Source: an uncultured Actinomycetes bacterium
GTDB lineage: Bacteria; Actinomycetota; Acidimicrobiia; Spongiisociales; DATADW01
Reading direction: 5' to 3'
Assembly (NCBI GenBank): GCA_963824995.1
Contig: CAWGRK010000006.1
Span: forward strand, 256,273-320,272
DNA: 64,000 bases
The translations under genes were made by a program, and so were the position numbers. Of the stretch, positions 31,036 to 40,822 are shown one piece after another. How positions within the stretch are numbered: the stretch's first letter is position 1; each line of letters starts with the position of its first letter. The notes below the pieces were generated by a model. The model ran no database searches, was not told the origin of the DNA, and saw nothing but the letters and a program-made list of their open reading frames with translations.

Positions 31036-34000
31036 GTGACGCTGCGGCTGACTGTCGCCCTCGGCGGGATACGCCGCGATGTCGAGGTGGAAGCAGGCCC
31101 GCAGAACACCATCGGTGACCTTGTCCGGTCGGCTCTCGGGCACGCTGACCCAGGGTGGGAGTTGGAAGTCGATGGGGAGCGGGTCGATCCGAGTCTCTTA
31201 CTGACGGAATTGCGATCCGGATCCAGCTTGGAGGTTGATCCGGTATTCCGGTTCAACTCAAAGCCGGATGTCAGCCAGGTCCATCTGATCGGCGGCTTCG
31301 ACGCGGGCAGGAGCTTCGCTCTGCCTCCAGGGAGACACACCCTGGCCGAGACGAGCGATCACAGGGTCGGCCTCGTGGGCGGGACTCCCCTGGCTCGGCT
31401 CGATGTCGGTATCGACGGCTTGGTGCGCATCTGGGAGGCGAACCTGGCCGCCCCGGCCGTGCCGTACAGCACACGTTTCGGGGAGCCCGTGATGATCGGT
31501 CGGATCGCCCTCCGTTTCTCGCCTCCGCGGAGCGGTAGACCGAGGCGCGGCCCGCATAGCCGCCCGCCACGCCCCTCGCCTCCCGACCCGCCAGCGAGGA
31601 CGCCGCTCCCCGCGGTGCCGCGGCCCGCATCACCCCGGCCGAGGATCGGTTGGGCCGCGCTCCTCGCTCCCATAGTGATGGGTGGTGCCTTCGCAGCGTT
31701 TCTCAACCCGATGATGGCGATATTCGCCCTGGTCGGGCCGCTGATGCTGCTCGCCCAGTGGACGGAGGACCGGACCGGGCACAGACGCCGCCGAGCGGCG
31801 GAAGTGGCAGGACTCCGATCCGACACCCATCTCCTCCGCGCCCGGCTTCGCTCGGCCGCTGCCTCCGAGTCGGGTCGAATCAGGGCGACTCACCCCGACC
31901 CAGCCGAGATCGTCGAGCGGGCCACCTCCGGTCATTCGTCGCTATGGGAGCGCAGGCGCGGTCACGACGACTTCCTGGTCCTCTCCGTCGGTCTCGGTTG
32001 GCTTCGCTGGGAGCCCGCCATCGAGCCCGGTGGTGTGGGGCCGATGACGCCCGAGATCGCAAGGGTGATCGAGGAGTGCTCTCAGATCCCACTGGTTCCC
32101 ATCACGATTCGGCTCGAACCCGGCTCGGGTGCAGGCGTGGTAGGAACCGGCACCAGCGTGCTGAGGGTCGGAATCGGCTTGGTCGCCCAGGCTGTGGTCC
32201 TGCACGGCCCGGCCGATATCCGGTTGACTCTGATCGTCGCACCCGATCGGGTCGAGCGATGGGACTGGCTCAAGTGGCTCCCCCACCTCGATTCCGGAGC
32301 CGTCTCCATCATCGGCGAAAAACCGACCGACGGGCAGGTACGAGGTTCGGCCGACTCGCCGCGCCCGGCGACAGGACCTGTCGGCCGCCACGTCAAGGAC
32401 GGGCCGGTGGACCTCGTCGTTGTCGATATCGCCGGGCCACTCCCCGAAGAGGCGCGGCGCGCCATCACACCTGAGTCGGCGTTGCTCTTCTTGACCAACG
32501 AGCGGCGCCACCTCCCCGCTAGATGCTCGACCGTGGTCGAACTCGACGGGGCGGGGGCCCGGTGTGCGTCGTCCGCTGGCCCGGTCCGCGATGTAATGCT
32601 TGCCGCGGGTACCTCTGCCGATGTAGCCGAGGGCGTGGCTCGGGCCCTCGCCAGTCTGTCCGATCCCGAAGCCGATGACGAAGCGGCACGGCTTCCCGAG
32701 CGGGTGAGCCTCCTCGAACTGATCGGGACTGGCGATCCGACGCCGGAGGTCATCGCCGCCCGGTGGGCGGCGGCAGGCAGCGAGCCGCGACCCACCGCCA
32801 CGCTCGGAGTGTCCGAGCATGGCCCCGTCGCAGTCGATCTGGTGGCGGACGGGCCCCACGGACTGGTCGCCGGGACCACCGGCTCCGGAAAGAGCGAACT
32901 GCTCCGCTGCTTCGTCATCTCGCTGGCTCTCACGATGGATCCGGACCATCTGGTCTTCGTCCTCATGGATTACAAGGGAGGAAGCGCCTTCGACGCCTGC
33001 GCTCATCTTCCACATGTGGTCGGGCTCGTCACCGACCTCGATGAGAGGCTGGCGATGCGGGCGCTCATCTGCCTCGAAGCGGAGTTGCGCTACCGCGAGG
33101 AGAGGCTCCGCGGAACGGGTGCCGCAGATCTCGGCGCCTACTGGTCGGCTGATCCTGCCGAGCCGCTGCCACGCCTCCTGGTGGTCATCGACGAGTTCGC
33201 CGCCCTAGCTGCCGAGCTCCCCGAGTTCATGACAGCCCTTCTCGACATCGCCCAGCGGGGTCGGAGCCTCGGCGTCCACCTCCTCCTCGCCACCCAGCGC
33301 CCCGCCGGGGTGGTGAGCGAGGGGATCAAGGCGAACACAAACATCCGCATCGCCCTGCGGGTGCACGACCAGGCCGACTCGACCGATGTGCTGGGTTCTC
33401 CGGACGCAGCCTTTCTCGGCAGGCGGACGCCGGGCCGCGCCTATCTCCGATTGGGCCCGGCCGACCGGGTCGCCTTCCAGACGGCGATGGTCACCGAGCA
33501 GGCACCCGCGACAGAGCACGGCCCGCAGCTGAGACCGTTCAGCCTCATCGAGCCCCAGCCGGCACCACCTCCGCCAAACCAGGCGAGCCCAAAGGACCTG
33601 AGTCGGTTGGTGAGCGCGATCAGCAGTGCAGCCGCTGGCTTCCCCGCTCCCCGCAGACCCTGGCCACCGCCACTGCCCGATCGGATCGACCGTCGTGAGT
33701 TGGGCCCGGGGGGCTTCGCCATTGCCGACGAACCCCGTCGGCAATCCACCCGGTCCCTTGTGCACCCCCTCCCCTCACCCCTCCTCCTCTACGGGACACG
33801 AGGTTCCGGTACTACCACCGCTCTTGTCCAGTTGGCGCTCTCGCTGGCGGCGGTCTCTGACCCGGACAGCCTTCACATCTACGTGCTCGACTTCGACAGC
33901 CAGGGGCTGGGGCCGCTGGCAGCACTGCCCCATACGGGAGCGGTGATCGCTGCGGCGGAGCGCGAGCGGCAGACACGGCTGCTGCGGTTTCTGAGCTCAG

Positions 34001-35104
34001 AGGTCGAGCGACGGCGCGCGGCCGCCGCATCGGGACTGGCCGACTCTGGGATTGGGGGAAGCCGGATCGTCCTCCTTATCGATGGGTTTCAGGGATTCTG
34101 CAACGCCTTCGACGCCCCTGCTGACCTCGTCTGGAAGGAAGCGCTCACCAGGTTGATCGCGGACGGTCCCGGATTCGACGTGACCGTGATAGCCACAGCC
34201 GATCGGCCGGGTGCAGTCCCAGGGTCGGTGGCCGGCTCGGTTACGGATCGGTTGGTGTTCCGTCTGGCGGATCCGTACGACTATGCCGCCTTCGGGTTGC
34301 GCCCGCCGGCGGGCAGGATCCCCCCTGGCAGGGCCATCGACACCCGGACCGGTCTCGAACTTCAGGTCGCCTGCTTCGACGGCACGCTCGAGGAGGAGGT
34401 CGCCGCCATCGCCGAATCGACGCCGATTCCTTTGCGTCGGCCGGCTTCGATCGGCGTGCTCCCCTCGCACGTTTCGGCCGGAGAGTTGGGCCAGGCGAGC
34501 TTCGACGGACGAGATTGGCTGGTGCCGGTGGGAATCGGAGACGACACCCTCGCTCCGGTAAACCTCAACCTTGCGGAGGGTGAGCCTGTGCTCGTCGCCG
34601 GGGGTCCAAAGTCGGGCCGCAGCACGACCCTGATGACGATCGCTTCTATGGTCGGGTCGTCTCGAGCCGATCTGACGATATGGACAGTCGCCTTCGAGCG
34701 GTCACCGGTGCGCGCCATGTCGGGGATAGTGGTCACCGCCCCGAGAGACGCTGAAGATCTCTGCTGCCGGATCCGGTCGGAGACGTCTCCGCAGATACTC
34801 CTGGTCGACGATGCTGAGGCGATCGAGGACCCGAGCGGCGCGGCTGGCCCGGCTGCTTGGAGATCGCCTCGACCACCTGAGGGTGGTAGTGGCCGGCAGA
34901 GCCGACTCGCTCAGGATTGCCTTCGGCCACTGGACCCAGATGGCTCGACGGAGCGGCTCAGGGATCATCCTCGGCACCGTCTCAGTTGCCGACGGCGACC
35001 TCTGGCACCGCCAGGTACCAGCGATGCCGCCCGAGGTCCCGCCGGGTCGCGGGCTCATCCTCATCAACGGAAGGTGGCAACTCTTCCAAGCTGCCACTCC
35101 TTGA
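31036..35104 (+). CDS. EssC/EccC-like FtsK/SpoIIIE secretion ATPase (frameshift near 34843)
   Basis: Ubl-like and FHA-like N-term, 2 TM, GPHGLVAGTTGSGKSE, DYKGG, VVIDEF, LATQRP; later P-loops GTRGSGTT and GGPKSGRS; C-term continues in ORF 34811..35104 (PPGRG). Confidence 0.92.
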
Positions 35105-35139
35105 GCACCCACCAGAATTTGGGAGGAGGTGTCCTCGAT

Positions 35140-35561
35140 GCGTCATAGCGCAACGCCTTCGCCGACGTGGCATCCAGCCTTTAGACGTCGTCGATGGCAA
35201 TGACCGTTGGTCCCCTGTCTGCGAGCGTCCGGAGCGCGTCCAGGGCCGCCATTGCCTTTCGCAGCGGATCGGCTTCGGAGATGAACCTGGTTCGATCTAC
35301 CTCGACACGCTCGAAGATGTCGAGGAGTCCGAGGCCGGAATTCGACATCTCATCCTGGGACGGGCGTGAGACGAGTACGTCGTAGCCCCCCTGTTTGCAG
35401 CGCTCGAGACAGTGTCGCCACAGGGCGGTCTTCCCGATACCAGGTTCGCCGGTGACGAGGAGCGTGTTCGGCCCGTTGGGCACAGCGGCGACGAACGCAT
35501 CGATCTCGTTCCGCTCTCGGTCGCGCCCGATCAGTTCATTGGGTGCAAGGGGACGGTGCAC
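35140..35561 (-). pseudogene. Truncated AAA ATPase (LuxR-type regulator N-terminus) remnant
   Basis: LIGRDRE, VTGEPGIGKTAL, VIAIDDV*RLDATSAKALRY with an in-frame stop in the Walker B region. Confidence 0.75.
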
Positions 35562-35644
35562 GGGAGGTAGAGATCCGTCGGCACACTGATGGATACGAAA
35601 TTTCCGATCCCGTCCGGGTCAGGGAACTCGTGGGATGGAACCCC

Positions 35645-35718
35645 GGTGGGCGCTACAGGGATCGAACCTGTGACCTCTGCCGTGTGAAGGCAGCGCTCTC
35701 CCGCTGAGCTAAGCGCCC
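35645..35718 (-). tRNA. tRNA-Val(CAC)
   Basis: GGGCGCTTAGCTCAGCGGGAGAGC...TT-CAC-AC...GGTTCGATCCC...GCGCCCACC. Confidence 0.96.
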
Positions 35719-35765
35719 GCGCCGCGATCCTAGCGGTGATCGTCTCATCGGACTTCGGGTTGAAT

Positions 35766-36125
35766 ATGACCGTGAACCGCAGGCATTTCGAGCATGTCGT
35801 CGATCGGATCCTCGATGACCTTCCCGAATGGGTCGTCGATCAAATCGACAACCTCGTGGTGGTTGTCGAGGAGCACCCATCCCCGGAACAGGATCCGGAA
35901 GGCGAAGGGCTTCTCGGGATCTACGAAGGCGTTTCTCTGGCCGAGCGGGCCGGTGACTATTGGGGCGCCATGCCAGATCAAATCACGATCTTCCGACAAC
36001 CGCACCTCGACCTGCAATTGGAGCGCGCTGAACTGGAGGATGAGATACGACGCACGGTGCTACACGAACTCGCCCACCATCTTGGAATAGACGACCAAAG
36101 GCTGGACAAACTCGGTTACGAATGA
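35766..36125 (+). CDS. Zincin-like metallopeptidase family protein
   Basis: LLGIYEG, PDQITIFR, TVLHELAHHLGIDD. Confidence 0.88.
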   Translation: MTVNRRHFEHVVDRILDDLPEWVVDQIDNLVVVVEEHPSPEQDPEGEGLLGIYEGVSLAERAGDYWGAMPDQITIFRQPHLDLQLERAELEDEIRRTVLHELAHHLGIDDQRLDKLGYE

Positions 36126-36154
36126 CCGGGATGCCTCACTCGGAGGCATCCCGG
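36126..36154. terminator. Hairpin between convergent genes
   Basis: CCGGGATGCCTC-ACTCG-GAGGCATCCCGG, perfect 12-bp stem. Confidence 0.75.
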
Positions 36155-36167
36155 AAGATGGAGGCGA

Positions 36168-36560
36168 TCAGCCCTTGGTGCGGGCGATGCCGGCCTTCTT
36201 GAGCACGGCAGCCGGAACGCCGGCCTCGCGCCACGCTCGGTAGGTGATTCCCTTGCGCTCGGAGTAGGCAGCGGCGTTCTCGACGAATCCCTGCTCGACT
36301 TCTCCCTCGTCCTGCGACTCACCCATCAACTGGAGAGCCTTTTGCGAGTCGAGCTTCGACTGGACCAAATCGACTCGCTTCAGCGGGTTCTGCTCGGCGG
36401 CGATCCGATCGTCGATCCCGGCGAGACGGGACTCCAGGCTCTCCCGAGTCACCCTGCGCCCTGGCTTCCGGGACTGGATTCCTCCAAGATAATTGCTAAT
36501 CGCCTTGGATTCGCGCCGACCTTGGGCTAGTGCTTCTTTGTGAGCTTGGCTCATCGCCAT
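36168..36560 (-). CDS. Hypothetical helical protein with basic termini
   Basis: AAAGGAG RBS; MSQAHKEALAQGR...YSERKGITYRAWREAGVPAAVLKKAGI. Confidence 0.8.
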   Translation of the reverse strand: MAMSQAHKEALAQGRRESKAISNYLGGIQSRKPGRRVTRESLESRLAGIDDRIAAEQNPLKRVDLVQSKLDSQKALQLMGESQDEGEVEQGFVENAAAYSERKGITYRAWREAGVPAAVLKKAGIARTKG

Positions 36561-36786
36561 GCGGTGCTCCTTTCAATCGAAGATGGCGCATTGTGCCATA
36601 TCTGAGCACAACTTCCACCTTCGCTTCCGCCGCCTCGTGCAATCTGTCGGACGCAATCAACTTGGTACGGCACATCCCATCTACCACCAAGCCTTGAATG
36701 ATGCATCGACCTCATGTCGCTCGATTTCTATTTGGGTCGAGGACATTGCTCTCAAACACCGATGTTCGAGATTCCGGAAATGTGTG

Positions 36787-36860
36787 GGTGGGCCCTAGTG
36801 GATTTGAACCACTGACCTCTTCCGTGTCAGGGAAGCGCTCTCCCCCTGAGCTAAGGGCCC
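36787..36860 (-). tRNA. tRNA-Val(GAC)
   Basis: GGGCCCTTAGCTCAG...CT-GAC-AC...GGTTCAAATCC...GGGCCCACC. Confidence 0.96.
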
Positions 36861-36885
36861 GGAGCGCGGCCGAGTGTACCTACCG

Positions 36886-36956
36886 AGGCGACGCCGGGAA
36901 TCGAACCCGGGTAACGGGTTTTGCAGACCCGTGCCTAACCACTCGGCCACGTCGCC
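36886..36956 (-). tRNA. tRNA-Cys(GCA)
   Basis: GGCGACGTGGCCGAGTGG...CT-GCA-AA...GGTTCGATTCC...GTCGCCT. Confidence 0.96.
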
Positions 36957-37015
36957 ATGTCCCCGCGGACCGCCGCGGTCGAACCGGGCGGGGTTCACGG
37001 AACGACACCCGGGGA

Positions 37016-37091
37016 TGGAGCGGAAGACGGGGCTCGAACCCGCGACCTCAACCTTGGCAAGGTTGCGCTCTACCAACTGAGCTACTTCCGC
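37016..37091 (-). tRNA. tRNA-Gly(GCC)
   Basis: GCGGAAGTAGCTCAGTTGG...TT-GCC-AA...GGTTCGAGCCC...TTCCGCTCCA. Confidence 0.97.
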
Positions 37092-37128
37092 GCGGCGATC
37101 ATCATACCCACGGCCCTTCCAGCGTGGC

Positions 37129-37557
37129 TCAAGCACCTGTCGAGCCAAAACCGCCCTCGCCCCGTGCTGTCGCAGGCAACTCGGAAGCCTCGATCAGCTC
37201 CACCTCGGGGACCGCCACGACCACCATCTGGGCTATCCGGTCACCGCGTCGCAACTCCACCGACTCCGATCCGTGGTTGACGAGCAGGACCTGGACCTCA
37301 CCGCGGTAACCGGCATCGATCAAACCTGGCCCGTTGACGACACCGACCCCATGTCGCAAGGCGAGTCCGCTGCGAGGGAGGACCAAACCGGCAAAGCCTT
37401 CGGGAATAGCAACCACGACTCCGGTGGGCACGGCGGCCCGTTCTCCCGGCGCCAGAGCGACATCGATTCGGCCGTAGAGATCGATCCCCGCATCGCCGGC
37501 ATGGGCGCGCCGCGGCGTCGGTAGTTCAGTGTCGAGCTTCTGGAAGGTAATCTCCAT
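37129..37557 (-). CDS. dut: dUTP diphosphatase
   Basis: GDAGIDL, PRSGLA, PGLIDAGYRGE, RGEGGFGSTG. Confidence 0.97.
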   Translation of the reverse strand: MEITFQKLDTELPTPRRAHAGDAGIDLYGRIDVALAPGERAAVPTGVVVAIPEGFAGLVLPRSGLALRHGVGVVNGPGLIDAGYRGEVQVLLVNHGSESVELRRGDRIAQMVVVAVPEVELIEASELPATARGEGGFGSTGA

Positions 37558-37608
37558 GGCGGAGTAGCAACGGGGCGTTACGGGCGGAGCCGACCCAGGA
37601 GTTGGCCC

Positions 37609-39159
37609 GTGCCACAGGCGTACTGTACAGAGTGCCGAACCCACGTCACCGTGCGCCAAGGCGCCTGTCTCGCCGGTCACCCCGTCAATACCCCTCTCCA
37701 CCGGCGCGAGCCAGGCCGTCACGCCTCCCGCACACAATCCGGGTCGACACTGGCGGTGGCGTTGCGTCAGGTGCGCCGCTCGCTCGCTTCGCCGACGGCG
37801 ACCTCACCAAACAAGGGTCAACATCACCAGCCGGGCCCGGAGCGTCCTCCAACCCCGAAAGTGTCCCGTCGTCCCGAAGACACCAAGCGAGCGCGCTGGT
37901 CGCTCAATACCGATCGGCTGCGAGTGCCCCCGCGTCCGCCGCAGCCATTCCCATCCAACCGCAGCCGGCCAGCATCTCCGGCTCACCACGCCAACAACAG
38001 GCCCGGCTCGCCACTGCTCGAACTCTTTGGTTTGGCGGAACCGCCGACGTCGCTCAGCGGTCCGCATCTTCCCCCGCTCGGCAAGTCCGCTCCGGCGGAG
38101 GCCCCAGCAGTACCACCCAGGTCCGACCTCACCATGGAGGCGCCCGAGACGTCTCCGGTGGGCCCGGTCCGACCGGCGCCTTCGGACCCACCTGCTCCAC
38201 CTGAGCCTCTCCGTACTTCGAACGGTGCCCTGCCCGCACCATCGACCAGCGTGCTGGTGGCACGGCTTCTCGAATCCACGATCGACGGGACACCGATGGA
38301 GGGTTGGAAGCCCCGCCCGGTCACCGGCCTCGAGGAGCGAAAGAGCCGGCGATGGCCGCTGCTCGTCATCGCAGCCGGGATCTGTATGGCGCTTCTGACC
38401 GGAGCGAAGTGGCTGGTCGACGTTCCCGCCAGGCACGCCGACGGCATGCGGAACGATCTTGCAGTTGCGGCGAGCCAGCTTGGACGGAGCTTGCCCCGAC
38501 TGGTTGGGGCGCTCGGCCCGATCACCAACCCCGAGGCTGGTCTGGAGCGGCTCGCTGCCTCCTCGGGGACGCTTGTCGATCTCGGAAGTGCCTCGAGGGC
38601 ACTGTCGCTGGAGGCCAATCGGCCGCTGCCGTGGGCGGCACCATTCTCGTCGACCGAGCCCACAGAGGCACTTCGGTCGCCGCGCCGGAAGGCAGCCAAG
38701 CTGGCAGCGGGCGCCGATCGGATCGAGGAGCGGCTGACCGCGGCCCTCGCCTACCGCTCGGCGTTGCGTCAAGCATTCGTTCTCCCTCGGCTCCCGGTAT
38801 CGGCGTCGCCCCGCGATCTTCGCCCGCTCGAAACCCGACTGGCCGAGGTTGGTACCCGCACCGGCGAGATCCTCGGCTCGGTCCCCCGCGACGCTGCGCT
38901 CGCCGAGCACCGACGAGAGTCGCTGCGGCTGCTCGACTATTTCGAGAGGTGGCAGGTGCGCTACTTGGCTGCACTTCGGGCCGACAATCCAGATCAGACA
39001 TCGGACCTCGTGCACGCCCTCCACGGCAAGGTGAGCAAGATGCGATCGGACCTCGCCGACCCTCTACGCCAACTCGATGGTTGGGCGCACCGGAGGTCCT
39101 TCGACCTCAACCAACAGCTGCAGGACCTCGCCCGCCAGCTCCGTCAGCCCTCGACCTGA
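37609..39159 (+). CDS. Hypothetical membrane protein (Zn-ribbon N-term, Pro-rich linker, 1 TM, helical C-term)
   Basis: CTEC...CLAGH; WPLLVIAAGICMALL TM segment. Confidence 0.7.
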   Translation: MPQAYCTECRTHVTVRQGACLAGHPVNTPLHRREPGRHASRTQSGSTLAVALRQVRRSLASPTATSPNKGQHHQPGPERPPTPKVSRRPEDTKRARWSLNTDRLRVPPRPPQPFPSNRSRPASPAHHANNRPGSPLLELFGLAEPPTSLSGPHLPPLGKSAPAEAPAVPPRSDLTMEAPETSPVGPVRPAPSDPPAPPEPLRTSNGALPAPSTSVLVARLLESTIDGTPMEGWKPRPVTGLEERKSRRWPLLVIAAGICMALLTGAKWLVDVPARHADGMRNDLAVAASQLGRSLPRLVGALGPITNPEAGLERLAASSGTLVDLGSASRALSLEANRPLPWAAPFSSTEPTEALRSPRRKAAKLAAGADRIEERLTAALAYRSALRQAFVLPRLPVSASPRDLRPLETRLAEVGTRTGEILGSVPRDAALAEHRRESLRLLDYFERWQVRYLAALRADNPDQTSDLVHALHGKVSKMRSDLADPLRQLDGWAHRRSFDLNQQLQDLARQLRQPST

Positions 39160-39617
39160 GCGGTTCCGATCGGTTGCGTATCGAGCTCGGAGAGTTCGCG
39201 CTGGAAGTCGGTGGCGTCCCGGAAGCTCTTGTACACGCTTGCGAAGCGGAGGTAGGCGACCTCATCGAGCACCCGTAGGCGGCTGAGGGCCTCCTGACCC
39301 AGCCGTTCGCTTGTTATCTGAGGCGCCTCGCTCCGAGCCAGCATCTCCAACTCGTCGACGATGTGGTCGAGTGTCCCGGGCGCCACCGGCCGCCCGGCTA
39401 GCGCTCGCTCCAACCCAACGCGCAGCTTGGACGGCTGGAAGGGCTCGACCCGACCGCTGCGCTTTAGAACCATGACTGCTGCCTCGGGGCGCTCGTATGT
39501 GGTGAAGCGATGACCGCAAACCGAGCAGGCGCGCCGGCGTCGAATCGCTGCCCCCGCATCCGCCGGTCGGCTGTCGATCACCCGGGTACCGTCGGCAGCG
39601 CACACTGGGCACAGCAT
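39144..39617 (-). CDS. nrdR: Transcriptional repressor NrdR
   Basis: MLCPVC..TRVIDSR...IRRRRACSVCGHRFTTYE, ATP-cone, DEVAYLRFASVY. Confidence 0.97.
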   Translation of the reverse strand: MLCPVCAADGTRVIDSRPADAGAAIRRRRACSVCGHRFTTYERPEAAVMVLKRSGRVEPFQPSKLRVGLERALAGRPVAPGTLDHIVDELEMLARSEAPQITSERLGQEALSRLRVLDEVAYLRFASVYKSFRDATDFQRELSELDTQPIGTAQVEG

Positions 39618-39633
39618 TGGAGGGAGGGTACCC

Positions 39634-40278
39634 GTGAGCACTTGGGGTGACGTACGTGATGTGTTCGCCGCGTGCGGTGCCGCGGTGGGTCAAGGACTCG
39701 TCGCCGCAACAGGCCGATGGGATGAGCCGGCGCTGGGATCTTGGAATGTCGGCGAGCTCGGTGGTCACCTGGTGCGGCTGGCAGGTTCGCCCGCCGTCTA
39801 TCTGGCAGTCGTTGCCACGGTCGATCTTCCGATGCTGGTGGATGCGGGTGACTACTTCGCCTCGTACCTGTCGACCGGTGAGGACGGACGGGTCTTGGTG
39901 GCGCAGCGGGCGCGTGACGAGTTGGAAGGGTTCGGCGGTACCGCCTCGATTTCCGGTGCCTTCGATCGGGCATTGCAGGCGTCGATCGAAGCCTTCGCCT
40001 CGCTCGAGGCTCCGTTTCCCGCCATCGCCACGCCCTATGGGCTGATCGCGCTCGATGAGTACCTCGTCACGAGGGTGGTCGAATTCACCATCCACGGCCT
40101 CGACCTGGCTCATGCCATCGACTTGGATTGGAAACCCCCCGCCAGTGCATTGCGGACCACCCTGATGGCTCTGGCCGACACCGCAGCGCATGGACCAGAC
40201 GGCGGCCTGGGTGCCGTCGGCGCGCTCTCGGGACGTGATTGGCCCGGCACGGAGACAGCGATACCGATCCTGCGGTAA
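39634..40278 (+). CDS. Maleylpyruvate isomerase N-terminal (MDMPI/DinB-like) family protein
   Basis: WDEPALGSWNVGELGGH...YLVTRVVEFTIHGLDLA. Confidence 0.82.
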   Translation: MSTWGDVRDVFAACGAAVGQGLVAATGRWDEPALGSWNVGELGGHLVRLAGSPAVYLAVVATVDLPMLVDAGDYFASYLSTGEDGRVLVAQRARDELEGFGGTASISGAFDRALQASIEAFASLEAPFPAIATPYGLIALDEYLVTRVVEFTIHGLDLAHAIDLDWKPPASALRTTLMALADTAAHGPDGGLGAVGALSGRDWPGTETAIPILR

Positions 40279-40287
40279 TAGGGGTGG

Positions 40288-40704
40288 CTAGGGGTTCGCC
40301 GGGATGACCAGCGATTGCCCGGGCTGCAGCCTGGAATCGGTGAGACCGTTGCGCTGCTCGATTTCGAAGAGCATCGCCCGGACATCTCCTCCCGCCGGCG
40401 TCGCCTCGACCGCGAGCCCCCAGAGAGAGTCACCCGGCACAACCGTGACAGTGACGGATCCGGCTTCGGAATCTCTGGCAGCGACCCCGGAGGCGAGCAC
40501 GAGAACCAAGGCCATCATCGCCGTGACGGAGATCAGCACTCTGGACAGAGTCTGATGGCGACTTCTTGTTTGGCCCGTCTCGGCCCGCAGCTCCGGGTCG
40601 CTCCCACCTGCTCCTGTCTGCCTCCAGGAGTGGATGCCCGAACCCCGACGCCCCGGCGAAGGTGCGGCTACCCAGTCGCCGGAGCGAACAGATGTTCGGT
40701 GCAT
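40288..40704 (-). CDS. Membrane-anchored LysM protein (ChiZ/YneA-like), divergent from lexA
   Basis: TM segment then VTVVPGDSLWGLA...IEQRNGL...LQPGQSLVIP. Confidence 0.85.
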   Translation of the reverse strand: MHRTSVRSGDWVAAPSPGRRGSGIHSWRQTGAGGSDPELRAETGQTRSRHQTLSRVLISVTAMMALVLVLASGVAARDSEAGSVTVTVVPGDSLWGLAVEATPAGGDVRAMLFEIEQRNGLTDSRLQPGQSLVIPANP

Positions 40705-40812
40705 GGCCCCACTATGCCCGAACACATGTTCGGTGTCAAGACCCAAGACGAATCGAACAGGTGTTTGCCTTGGAGCAGCCAAACGCGGTAGCGTGACCGG
40801 AACAGACGTTCG
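40685..40812. promoter_or_regulatory. Four LexA boxes between the LysM gene and lexA
   Basis: CGAACAGATGTTCG (40685), CGAACACATGTTCG (40719), CGAACAGGTGTTTG (40754), GGAACAGACGTTCG (40799). Confidence 0.9.
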
Positions 40813-40822
40813 GAGGGCCACC

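Noticed and set aside
31036..35104. The ATPase as a chromosome-segregation FtsK or conjugative TraB
   Set aside because: Three tandem ATPase-like domains, no gamma domain and adjacency to WXG100 genes fit EssC/EccC; no integrase or replication genes nearby
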